A stretch of 64,000 nucleotides of DNA. Source: an uncultured bacterium. GTDB lineage: Bacteria > Poribacteria > WGA-4E > WGA-3G. The translations under genes and the position numbers were made by a program. The notes under the pieces were generated by a model. It saw nothing but the letters and a program-made list of their open reading frames with translations. It did no database searches and had not been told where the DNA came from. The DNA lies in the NCBI GenBank assembly GCA_964652195.1, contig CAZZBB010000060.1:39003-103002 (forward strand), written 5' to 3'. This document shows, one piece after another, positions 19,344-29,368 of this stretch (positions within the stretch are counted from its first letter, which is position 1; every line of letters begins with the position of its first letter).

Positions 19344-19826
19344 ATGTCTGAACGTTCCGTAGTCCAAGACCCACTCCTCAAATACACCAACGAAATCGGC
19401 AGGACACAGGTCACCCGATCAGAAGCCATGCAGATGCGTGGAGGAAATACTTCCGCACTTTATTTTCAAGACACATTAAAATCACAACTCCTAAAACTCA
19501 ACAATGGAATCATAGACGACGCCAATTGTGCCGACGTGATACGCATACTCAACTTGCTGAAACCCACACTTGAAGGCAATCAAGAAGCACTCAACTACAT
19601 TCGACAGAACGCCAACACACAATTCGGAAAAGGCAGACTATTCGAACGACTGATAAGAGCATATCTGCTTGAAGACCCATCTACAACAAACGATTTTCAG
19701 AGGTATATCTATAGGGAGAAGAGGAATAAAGAATGGGAAGTCTTACAACATCCTTTGAAAAGTGTTAGCAACGATTACAAGAACCTTGACAAACCCAGGT
19801 CAACTATAGTAGAAGAGACAGTGTAG
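19344..19826 (+). CDS. hypothetical protein (160 aa), last gene of the island
   Basis: ORF only. Followed by ~1 kb of AT-rich non-coding DNA. Confidence 0.4.
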   Translation: MSERSVVQDPLLKYTNEIGRTQVTRSEAMQMRGGNTSALYFQDTLKSQLLKLNNGIIDDANCADVIRILNLLKPTLEGNQEALNYIRQNANTQFGKGRLFERLIRAYLLEDPSTTNDFQRYIYREKRNKEWEVLQHPLKSVSNDYKNLDKPRSTIVEETV

Positions 19827-20043
19827 AATACAGTTTATAGGTATATAAAATTTCAATCGTTTTCATCTTCTCGATGGTCAGGATTTTGTTCCTTTTTGCT
19901 ATTGAGCCGTAAGAATTTACACCTTGCTTCTTTAATTCTTCCTGCCTCCGTCTCACATCAATACAATATTTGTGAATATCGTTATCAAAACGGGCGTTAA
20001 CTAATCGCTTTGCTTCTCTGACTTCTTCAATAATATCGTTCAT
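19804..20043 (-). CDS. small hypothetical ORF
   Basis: 79 aa ORF (MNDIIEEVREAKRLVNARFDNDIHKYCIDVRRRQEE...). Weak support. Confidence 0.2.
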   Translation of the reverse strand: MNDIIEEVREAKRLVNARFDNDIHKYCIDVRRRQEELKKQGVNSYGSIAKRNKILTIEKMKTIEILYTYKLYSTLSLLL

Positions 20044-20091
20044 GATTCAATCTCCAATAGTTGTTATAGCATTCACGCAACCTATCCCCAA

Positions 20092-20122
20092 CCGTGTAAT
20101 CCGTGTAATCCGCGATTCAGAC
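20092..20122. repeat. right inverted repeat bounding the island (plus a degenerate second copy at 20168-20200)
   Basis: ccgtgtaatccgtgtaatccgcgattcagac is the reverse complement of 12460-12490. Confidence 0.55.
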
Positions 20123-20274
20123 ATCCAAGAAACCATCATTCCCCCAAATCATTTACCTTATACCAAACCCCTCTTCTCCGTGAAATCCATGATTCAGATC
20201 CACCATATATACAAATCCCCTTAAAATAAATTGAAGAAACATAAAACAACAAACATCACATATATATAAAAGAG

Positions 20275-20303
20275 TTGACATAAGACTAAACATACGTTAC
20301 AAT
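20275..20303 (+). promoter_or_regulatory. near-consensus sigma70-type promoter TTGACA-N17-TACAAT
   Basis: ttgacataagactaaacatacgttacaat. No ORF for ~540 bp downstream; the next gene is the M42 peptidase. Confidence 0.35.
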
Positions 20304-20544
20304 AACAAGAAGAGAATAAGTACAATACTCATGCTAATACCTAACTAAGTAAGTCAATATGATTAATGAAAACATATACACATTTATACAAATAAAAAAC
20401 AGAAACAGCAAAACTTACAAATCTCTGTATTGGAGAATCATCTGAAAAGAAAAAAGACACAAAATCACACAATTGGAGAATTCTTATAAGTCTAAAAAAA
20501 CACCGATGAACACAGACTGCTACAGGGCGGACAGCCATTTTTGG

Positions 20545-20574
20545 AATGACACACAATGTGTCAAAAAGTGTAAC
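20545..20574. repeat. 30 bp motif copy (aatgacacacaatgtgtcaaaaagtgtaac)
   Basis: Exact reverse-complement match to 5432-5461. Confidence 0.55.
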
Positions 20575-20841
20575 ATTTTTAACATTTATATAAATTATTT
20601 ATTACTATTGTAAATAGGTAAAATGAAGATAATTTGCAGAAAATTCACCCTTAATAAGTTCGTACAATTTCTGTCCGATGTAAAGTTAAATGGGAAATCT
20701 GCTATAAATGATGTATACCGTAGGTTGGCTTGAGGAACGTATCCTTCAAACAAGATTCTGTACAAAAACTTAAACATCCTAAACACAATACGTGCTATAA
20801 TTCCAGATGAAATTATAACACAATCGATAAAGGAAACATAG

Positions 20842-21912
20842 ATGAATAAAAACTCAATAGAACTACTTGAAGCGTTGACACAAGCTGACGGAATTCCCGG
20901 ATTTGAGGGAGAAGTTCGAGATATTTTTCGGGATAGAGTCTCTGATGTAGGTACTATCGGCACTGATAGATTAGGGAGCATTTATTGTACACGGGAGGGT
21001 AGTTCGAAAAGCCCGCGTATTCTGCTTGACTCACATTTAGATGAAATCGGGTTTATTGTACAAAAAATAACGGATAATGGATATATCAAATTTCTACCGC
21101 TCGGTGGATGGTGGGGACACACATTATTAGCACAAAGGGTTAATATCACTACAAAGAATGGTAAGGTCCCAGGAGTTGTGGGTTCAACGCCACCACACCT
21201 ACTCGGAGGTGGTCGTGATAAAGTATTGGAGGTAAAAGACCTATATATTGATATTGGAGCAGAAAACGAAGAACAAGCAAAGGAAGAGTATGGGGTTGTA
21301 CCCGGTTGTCCAATTGCCCCGTACGGTCCTTTTATGGGATTAAAAAATGAGAAATTACTTACGGCAAAAGCATTTGATAATCGTGTCGGGGTTGCACTTG
21401 TAATAGACGCATTGTTGAATCTTGACGACCATCCCAATACAGTTATCGGTGCTGGATGTGTACAAGAAGAAATCGGATTGCGTGGGGCAAAGACATTAGC
21501 AACAAGTGTCGAACCTGATCTGGCAATTATCCTTGAGGGTCCCCCTGCTGATGATACCCCTGGAATTGATGGTGGAGTGTCAGAAGGAACACTTGGTGAA
21601 GGCGTTCAAATTCGACTGATTGATTCTTCAATGATTGTAAATCCAAAATTATCAGATTATGTGATTGAAACAGCAAAGAAGCATGAAATTCCGTATCAAT
21701 TGGGTGTACGCCAATCTGGTGGAACAGATGGTGGTGCAATCCACCAATACAGCAGAGGTGTCCCGTCTATCGTACTTGGTGTTCCAGCAAGATATATCCA
21801 TAGTCATGTATCCATTATAAATGTTGATGACTATACTGCAGCGTTGGAATTGACAATGCATCTTGTCCGTGAGATAGATACATCTGTTTTTGAAGGATTC
21901 CTATTTGATTAG
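20842..21912 (+). CDS. M42 family metallopeptidase (glutamyl aminopeptidase / FrvX-like)
   Basis: 356 aa. N-terminus LLEALTQADGIPGFEGEVRDIF and the overall M42 architecture. Confidence 0.85.
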   Translation: MNKNSIELLEALTQADGIPGFEGEVRDIFRDRVSDVGTIGTDRLGSIYCTREGSSKSPRILLDSHLDEIGFIVQKITDNGYIKFLPLGGWWGHTLLAQRVNITTKNGKVPGVVGSTPPHLLGGGRDKVLEVKDLYIDIGAENEEQAKEEYGVVPGCPIAPYGPFMGLKNEKLLTAKAFDNRVGVALVIDALLNLDDHPNTVIGAGCVQEEIGLRGAKTLATSVEPDLAIILEGPPADDTPGIDGGVSEGTLGEGVQIRLIDSSMIVNPKLSDYVIETAKKHEIPYQLGVRQSGGTDGGAIHQYSRGVPSIVLGVPARYIHSHVSIINVDDYTAALELTMHLVREIDTSVFEGFLFD

Positions 21913-22003
21913 AAGATCACCTTACTTCACCTAATCCAAAATCCATTATATACAATAACCAAGGTTATTTATAGTGAACATTGAAAATAATAACACAAAA
22001 TCC

Positions 22004-22072
22004 CTGTAGGAGCGATCTCCGAATCGCGACTTAACTCAGTGATAGTCGGGAATCGGAGTTCCCTTCTACATC
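22004..22072. repeat. ~70 bp palindromic repeat element, copy 4 of 4
   Basis: ctgtaggagcgatctccgaatcgcgac-ttaactcagtgata-gtcgggaatcggagttcccttctaca. The arms are inverted relative to copy 3. Confidence 0.6.
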
Positions 22073-22150
22073 TCAAAATGTTCCATTAATTCAAAAGTTT
22101 ACTATAAATAATCCTGTACAAAAAAGTAATCAATTGTATGGAGGAAGATA

Positions 22151-22990
22151 GTGGAAACAACCTTACCGAAAATAACATTTTGTAATCACGAGTTAAGTAA
22201 ACTGGTCATTGGTGATAATCCATTTTACGGTTTCTCTCACTTTAATCATCTTCTGTCACAACATCAAAAAGAATACAATACCCCAGAGCAGGTTGTGAAG
22301 ACGTTAAAAAGGGCAGAGGAAGTGGGTATAAACGGTTGGCAAAATAGTATTACAGTACGTTCTCAATCTGATCTCCAGCGATTTCGTGATGCAGGGGGAA
22401 CGATGCATTGGTTCTGCCTGAGTTGGAGTACTGAATGGTATGAAAACCCCGATAAGGTTTTTGAGGATGTAAAACTTAATCCTATTGGAATGGCACCGCA
22501 CGGAGGGGGTGTCGGACAACGATGCTTTAGAGAAAAGAAATTTGATCTGTTGCAGGACATCCTCAAACGAATTCGTGATACGGGTGTTCTTGTTGGTTTA
22601 TCGGTTCATGACCCGAAACTCCTACATATTGCTGAAGACGAAGGATGGGATATAGATTATTATATGACTGCGCTTTATAACCTTCATGGTGGTAGTGACA
22701 AGTTCCGTGAAAAGTTTGGCTATGCCCCATTAGGAGAGATTTACGCTCGTGAAGATCGTGATGAGATGTCCGAAGCAATTCAACGAACTGAAAAACCGTG
22801 CCTTATATTCAAAGTTCTCGCTGCAGGTAGGGTAATCGGTAGTCAACAACAGATACGGGATGAGTTTAAATTCGCCATAGAAAACTCAAAACCCAATGAT
22901 GCATTGTTGCTCGGTATGTATCAGCAATTCTCTGATCAAATCGGTGAAAATGCTGCATTGATAACAGAATTATGTGCAGAATTAGAATAG
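22151..22990 (+). CDS. hypothetical protein, co-operonic with the downstream aldo/keto reductase
   Basis: 279 aa ORF. Stop abuts the next gene. Confidence 0.5.
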   Translation: METTLPKITFCNHELSKLVIGDNPFYGFSHFNHLLSQHQKEYNTPEQVVKTLKRAEEVGINGWQNSITVRSQSDLQRFRDAGGTMHWFCLSWSTEWYENPDKVFEDVKLNPIGMAPHGGGVGQRCFREKKFDLLQDILKRIRDTGVLVGLSVHDPKLLHIAEDEGWDIDYYMTALYNLHGGSDKFREKFGYAPLGEIYAREDRDEMSEAIQRTEKPCLIFKVLAAGRVIGSQQQIRDEFKFAIENSKPNDALLLGMYQQFSDQIGENAALITELCAELE

Positions 22991-24016
22991 ATGGGGTTTT
23001 GGTATACTCTCAATATTCCACGGAGACTAAGAATGGAAATGCGTCCATGTGGTAAGAGCGAAATTGAGATTTCCCCAATGGGAATCGGGTGTTGGTCTTA
23101 TGGAGGTGGAGACTACTGGGGACCACAAGCACAGACTGATGTAACCGCTGTAGCACACGCAGCATTGGATGCCGGGATTAACTTCTTTGATACTGCGGAA
23201 GGTTACAACGAAGGACGAAGTGAAGAAGCAATCGGAATCGCTTTGAAAGGTAGACGGCACGAAGCTGTCATTGGTACGAAGATTGGAACACCAGATCCAT
23301 CAATAATACGTGAACGGTGTGAAGCAAGTCTAAAACGATTACAGACAGATTATATAGACATTTACATGATTCACTGGCACCACGATGAATTTGCCATTGA
23401 AGATAGCATGGCAGAATTAGTCAAATTACGTGAGGACGGTCTTATTCGTGCTATCGGTGTTTGCAACTTTGGGGTAGCACAACTGAGTGCAGCACTTAAC
23501 ACTGGAACTGAAGTTATAACGAATCAATTATGCTACAACCTACTATCACGTGGAATTGAGGTGGAACTTCTACCATTATGTCAAAAATATGATCTCGGCA
23601 TTTTGGGGTACATGCCTCTATTACAAGGTTTATTGACAGGAAAATACAAAAGTGCTGATGAACTTCCACCTGTTCATTCCCGCTTTCGCCATTTTAGTAA
23701 TGATCGTCCCTTGGCAAAACATGGTGAACAGGGAGCAGAGCAGGAAGTATTTGCTACATTAGAAGGTATCCGAAAGATCGCAGAAACAGAACAGATTCCA
23801 ATGAGTCAACTTGCTATTGCATGGACATTGGCAAAACAGGGAATTACATGCATGCTTGTTGGTACACGGAATACCGATGAATTGAATATGAACTTACGTG
23901 TTTTTGAATATTCACCTGAGGTGAGTGTCATTAAAGAACTTGATAGATTAACTTTACCACTCTTAAAGAAAATGGGTACAAATCTGGATTATTTCCTGGG
24001 TAAAAGAACTCGATAG
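22991..24016 (+). CDS. aldo/keto reductase family oxidoreductase
   Basis: GIGCWSYGG...AHAALDAGINFFDTAEGYNEGRSEE. The true start is probably at the internal MEMRPCG. Confidence 0.85.
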   Translation: MGFWYTLNIPRRLRMEMRPCGKSEIEISPMGIGCWSYGGGDYWGPQAQTDVTAVAHAALDAGINFFDTAEGYNEGRSEEAIGIALKGRRHEAVIGTKIGTPDPSIIRERCEASLKRLQTDYIDIYMIHWHHDEFAIEDSMAELVKLREDGLIRAIGVCNFGVAQLSAALNTGTEVITNQLCYNLLSRGIEVELLPLCQKYDLGILGYMPLLQGLLTGKYKSADELPPVHSRFRHFSNDRPLAKHGEQGAEQEVFATLEGIRKIAETEQIPMSQLAIAWTLAKQGITCMLVGTRNTDELNMNLRVFEYSPEVSVIKELDRLTLPLLKKMGTNLDYFLGKRTR

Positions 24017-24061
24017 CTTGTATAAATGTGATTACAATCACTTTAAATAAAGGATATTCTT

Positions 24062-24952
24062 ATGGCTGAACAGATAGGCATCAAATTCAATAAAGATTTA
24101 GGTAATCCGATGGCAAAATCTGCCTCGGATATTACCACAACAAATGCTGATGGAAAACCGATTACGCCTTTGACACAAGAACAAAAATACCTGTTTGACA
24201 AAAACGGGTGGCTCTTAGTTCCCGGTGTATTGACAGAGTCAGAAATAGAGGAAATGCGTGATCACTGCTACCGTCTCAAACACGAACCTGAATCAATTCA
24301 AGACATTCACCGTTCTACTTACGGTGGTCCTTTAGAGAAGCTAATTGATCATCCGGTTGTTGTTGCGTATGGAAACGAATTTCTCGCATCCCCATACCTC
24401 GCATCTGAAGAATGCTACGGTTTCCGTATGGAGATGAGTTTCTTGGCATTACGTTCTACAGAAGACGACCCACCTTTCTCCTTTAGTGCACATAACGGGA
24501 ACGGACTCCATCGCATATCTGGTGATTGCCATGAATATCAATGCCTACCCGGACAAGCATTCAGCGGATTGACACGAGTCGTATGGGAGCTTAATCCCGT
24601 AGGAAAAGAGGATGGTGGAACGATGTTCATTACCGGTAGCCACAAAGCAGCATATCCTGCACCTGAAGTAGCACGAACACAGGAATGGGACTATTGGGAT
24701 ACATATTCATGTCCTGCAGGATCTGTAATAATCTTTACGGAGGCAATTACACATAGCGGACAAGCGTGGAAAAATCCTGATAACGACCGAGTTGCAGTTT
24801 TTAACGCATATAACTCGGTTGATAGACGATGGTCACTTTCTCGACCCCCACAAGCACTCCTTGAAACAATGCCATCCAAACGGCAAACACTATTTCGTGA
24901 TGCGTTTGTAAAGGGTAATGTAACAGGCACATCTTTTGAAATGTCTTTGTAA
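24062..24952 (+). CDS. phytanoyl-CoA dioxygenase (PhyH)-like Fe(II)/2OG oxygenase
   Basis: 296 aa. PhyH-like layout with HxD...H candidates (ITHSGQAW). Confidence 0.6.
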   Translation: MAEQIGIKFNKDLGNPMAKSASDITTTNADGKPITPLTQEQKYLFDKNGWLLVPGVLTESEIEEMRDHCYRLKHEPESIQDIHRSTYGGPLEKLIDHPVVVAYGNEFLASPYLASEECYGFRMEMSFLALRSTEDDPPFSFSAHNGNGLHRISGDCHEYQCLPGQAFSGLTRVVWELNPVGKEDGGTMFITGSHKAAYPAPEVARTQEWDYWDTYSCPAGSVIIFTEAITHSGQAWKNPDNDRVAVFNAYNSVDRRWSLSRPPQALLETMPSKRQTLFRDAFVKGNVTGTSFEMSL

Positions 24953-24973
24953 TAGATACGATAGTTTGAAGTA

Positions 24974-25088
24974 ATACCATTTCTGATTATTAAAGTCTCT
25001 TAACTGGTAGCATAAACTTCCAGTTTGTGCAGTATTTCAAGACATGCTTAACAACTGTTCACGGGATAAACATTTTTAGAAATGGTAT
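24974..25088. mobile_element. MITE-like element, copy c
   Basis: Terminal inverted repeats ataccatttctgat ... agaaatggtat. Core ggtagcataaacttccagtttgtgc. Confidence 0.45.
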
Positions 25089-25099
25089 AAGGATTAGAT

Positions 25100-25924
25100 A
25101 TGACACCAAAACAACGCTACTTATTTGATGTAACCGGGTATCTTCATTTGGAGAATGTAATCACAGGAGATGCATTGGCTGAAGCATCTGTAGCGGTTGA
25201 TAGATATATTACAACACCACCTGATGAATTACCTCCTGGATTTGAACAGAAGGGATTACATCAACACGGATTCGCTTTTGATAAATCCCTTGAATGTCTA
25301 ACGATGCATTCTGCACTTTGGCCGATAATTAAGGAACTCACAGATAACCAACCTCGGTTTGGAAGAGGGTCACTTAAACACGACAAACATGATTTATGGC
25401 AGGCAGGAGAAAACGCACATGTAAATCCGGGTGGACTGCATTGCGCACGTGATGATTATGGATGGTATAGCACACGTTACGAGGCAAACAACGGACATAT
25501 ATACTGCGATAACTTCGTCTGTTTTCCATATTTTACGGATGTGTATCCGGGAGATGGGGGACTAATTGTAATTCCCGGTTCACATAAAAGTGAGTTCGAT
25601 AGACCGAAGCAGCTTTTAACACTTGATGAAGCAGATGGTATTGATCCTATCGATGATCCTGTATTTGTAAATATCACCCCGAAGGCAGGAGATATTGTGA
25701 TTATTTCTGAACTGCTTACACATGGTGTATTGCGATGGAAACCGAAAAATAGAGACAGAAGGTTTCTTGTATTTCGATATTTCCCACAATTCTCTGGAAC
25801 ACATAACCTACCACAACCAATACTGGATCGATTATCACCAGAGACGTTGGAATTAGTTGCATCTGAACCGTATGGTCACATTAAAGAAATCGTGAAGCAG
25901 GATCAGGTTACACTAACAGTTTAG
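25100..25924 (+). CDS. phytanoyl-CoA dioxygenase (PhyH)-like protein
   Basis: 274 aa. N-terminal YLFDVTGYLHLENV and GSHK...H motifs. Confidence 0.65.
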   Translation: MTPKQRYLFDVTGYLHLENVITGDALAEASVAVDRYITTPPDELPPGFEQKGLHQHGFAFDKSLECLTMHSALWPIIKELTDNQPRFGRGSLKHDKHDLWQAGENAHVNPGGLHCARDDYGWYSTRYEANNGHIYCDNFVCFPYFTDVYPGDGGLIVIPGSHKSEFDRPKQLLTLDEADGIDPIDDPVFVNITPKAGDIVIISELLTHGVLRWKPKNRDRRFLVFRYFPQFSGTHNLPQPILDRLSPETLELVASEPYGHIKEIVKQDQVTLTV

Positions 25925-25951
25925 GAATTTCGTGCATACCTACTCCTATGA

Positions 25952-27115
<1,164 letters not shown>

Positions 27116-27154
27116 GGTTGATTATGATATGTGTCTATTTAAAATCTGCCTATG

Positions 27155-29041
27155 TTAGTCATCTGTAGGATTGGTAAGATAAGCAATATCCCACAAAAAA
27201 ATAGTGCCTTCCCAACCACCACTTGCGAGTATACTCCCATCCTCATTAAAAGCAACAGTCTTGATATCATCCTTATGTGCATTGAATGTTTCGATTATTA
27301 CCCCAGATGCAATGTGCAAAATATGTACCTTTCTGTTTCTGGTTGAAATTGCCATTAGCGCACCATTCGGACTGAAGACCATCTCATTGATATCATTTCT
27401 AGACTTATAAAGTTTGGATTTATGCGTACCTGTGTCCACATTCCACAGGTGAATTGTGTTATCATCATGTAAACTTGCAAGGTTTTTTCCATTCGGACTA
27501 AAGGTAATGTGATATACAGATTGTGTCTTTTGCTTGAGTGTATCCATAAGTTCACCAGAAACGGGATCCCATAAATGAATTAACCCGTCAACCGCAGCAC
27601 TTGCAAGTGTTTCCCCATCGGAACTGAAGGCAACACTTAACACCCGAGATGTATGTTCTTTAAGACTATACAACTGATTCCCTGTTTTCGTATTCCACAT
27701 ACGAACAGTACCGTCGGAGTTTCCACTGACAATTACATCTCCATCAGGACTAAAAGCAACACAATAGAGTGATTCCACTGGCACCTTAATTACTTTGATC
27801 TGTTCCCCCGATGTGGTATCCCAGAGACGAAGAGTTGAGTCATTCCCCGCGCTGGCAAGGGTATTGCTATCATTGCTAAAATCAACACCATATACATAAC
27901 TAAATCTATGTCCAGTGAGAGAATTCTTGTTTTTACCTGATGTAACCTCCCAAAGATGGACCTTGTTATCACTATTTCCGCTTGCCATTGTCTTTCCATC
28001 TGGACTAAATGCAAGACTAAAAACGGAACCTATATGTCCAATGTAAGTATGTATGATCTCTCCAGAAGCAGCTCCCCAAATTCGTATTGTTCCATCTTGA
28101 CCTCCACTCGTTATGCTTCTAAAATCTGGACTAAACGCAACATCATTAATATGTGCATCATGTTCTGTGAAAGTCGTTAACTCTTCACCTTTGGCTACAT
28201 CCCACGTACGTATGGTATTATCATAACTTCCACTTGCAAGTATATTTCCATCCATACTGAAGGTGACACTATTGACCCAATGGGAATGACCAGTGAGAGT
28301 GTTCTTTGTTTCTCCAGTGGTTGTGTCCCATAAGCGGATAGTCGTGTCTGAACCACCACTTGCTAAAGTACTTCCATCCGGATTATAGACTACCGAAATA
28401 ACAGAACCGATGTGTCCATCAAGTGTCTGTATATGTTCACCTGATACCCAATCCCAAAGACGAATAGTTCCATCTGTGCTACCGCTTGCAAGTGTAAACG
28501 TATTGGGTTTGAAAGCAATACTTGGAACAAAACCTTTGTGCCCTTTAAGAGTCATCTTTTTTTGACGAGTAGTTAAGTCCCATAAGAAGATTTTTCCCTC
28601 CGTATTGCTGGCTGCGAGAGTGTTTCCATCCGGACTAAAGGCAAGACTTCCAACTTGTAATTTGTGGCCAACGAGTTCTTGTACATGTTCTCCTGTGACA
28701 GCATCCCAAAAATGGATTACCCCCGAACTATCACCACTGGCAAGAATGTTCCCATCTGGATTATAGGCAAGGCAGTCAACTCTACCACGGTGTTTAGTAA
28801 GGAAATGTACTTCTTCATGGGTTCTTGAATTATATATCCATATACCGATAGAGGTTGCTACCGCTAAACGCATGCCATTAGGAGAATATTCCATATCAGT
28901 GATTGTACCTTTCCCTATCCGGGCTATAGCTTTTTCAGGTAAATCCCATTTTGTATATTCTTGGGCATAAGTAATCTGTGTGTATTGAAATATAAAAAAG
29001 AATAACAAGTTTAGTGTTGTAATATTGTATAGTTTTTTCAT
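27155..29041 (-). CDS. WD40 repeat protein (many repeats) with N-terminal signal peptide
   Basis: More than 12 WD40 units (GH...WD). N-terminus MKKLYNITTLNLLFFFIFQYTQITYA. Confidence 0.9.
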   Translation of the reverse strand: MKKLYNITTLNLLFFFIFQYTQITYAQEYTKWDLPEKAIARIGKGTITDMEYSPNGMRLAVATSIGIWIYNSRTHEEVHFLTKHRGRVDCLAYNPDGNILASGDSSGVIHFWDAVTGEHVQELVGHKLQVGSLAFSPDGNTLAASNTEGKIFLWDLTTRQKKMTLKGHKGFVPSIAFKPNTFTLASGSTDGTIRLWDWVSGEHIQTLDGHIGSVISVVYNPDGSTLASGGSDTTIRLWDTTTGETKNTLTGHSHWVNSVTFSMDGNILASGSYDNTIRTWDVAKGEELTTFTEHDAHINDVAFSPDFRSITSGGQDGTIRIWGAASGEIIHTYIGHIGSVFSLAFSPDGKTMASGNSDNKVHLWEVTSGKNKNSLTGHRFSYVYGVDFSNDSNTLASAGNDSTLRLWDTTSGEQIKVIKVPVESLYCVAFSPDGDVIVSGNSDGTVRMWNTKTGNQLYSLKEHTSRVLSVAFSSDGETLASAAVDGLIHLWDPVSGELMDTLKQKTQSVYHITFSPNGKNLASLHDDNTIHLWNVDTGTHKSKLYKSRNDINEMVFSPNGALMAISTRNRKVHILHIASGVIIETFNAHKDDIKTVAFNEDGSILASGGWEGTIFLWDIAYLTNPTDD

Positions 29042-29368
29042 GTTTGTAATTCCTTATTTGATAAGACGATAGAACTGGTATTGGCAATGTATATACCGAT
29101 TTCCATGCTGACTTGTTGCTAATTTGAATTCTTTTGGAAATATCTTTGAAGGAGTTAAGAGTGAGTAATTATAGTTGAAATATTGTGTATGTTCTTGGTT
29201 TTGAATATTAAGTGCTAAAGTGTACCGTAAACTATTACAGTGTGAAAGGAATTAGAATTGAATCGTTTGTGTAACAATTTATCTCATTTATACCATTAAT
29301 TTCTATTTCAGAGTAGTTAATAAATCTGGTTCTGTTTGGAAACCGAACATACCGTGTGTAGAGTATAA

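Noticed and set aside
19344-19826. The 160 aa ORF as an N-terminal fragment of the missing type I HsdR
   Set aside because: There is no recognisable HsdR_N or helicase motif. The idea is only positional, coming after hsdS and before a gene-free AT-rich tract, so the ORF is listed as hypothetical.
1975-22072. Possibility that the recurrent intergenic repeats are a CRISPR array
   Set aside because: The copies are kilobases apart, are inverted relative to one another, and are themselves long palindromes with no regular spacer structure. There is no cas gene.
29327-29352. Hairpin ggttctgtttggaaaccgaac after the ABC ATPase, considered as a terminator
   Set aside because: The stem has a mismatch and there is no U-tract. 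Its similarity to the 2282-2303 hairpin is limited to ggaaaccgaac. Too weak to call.
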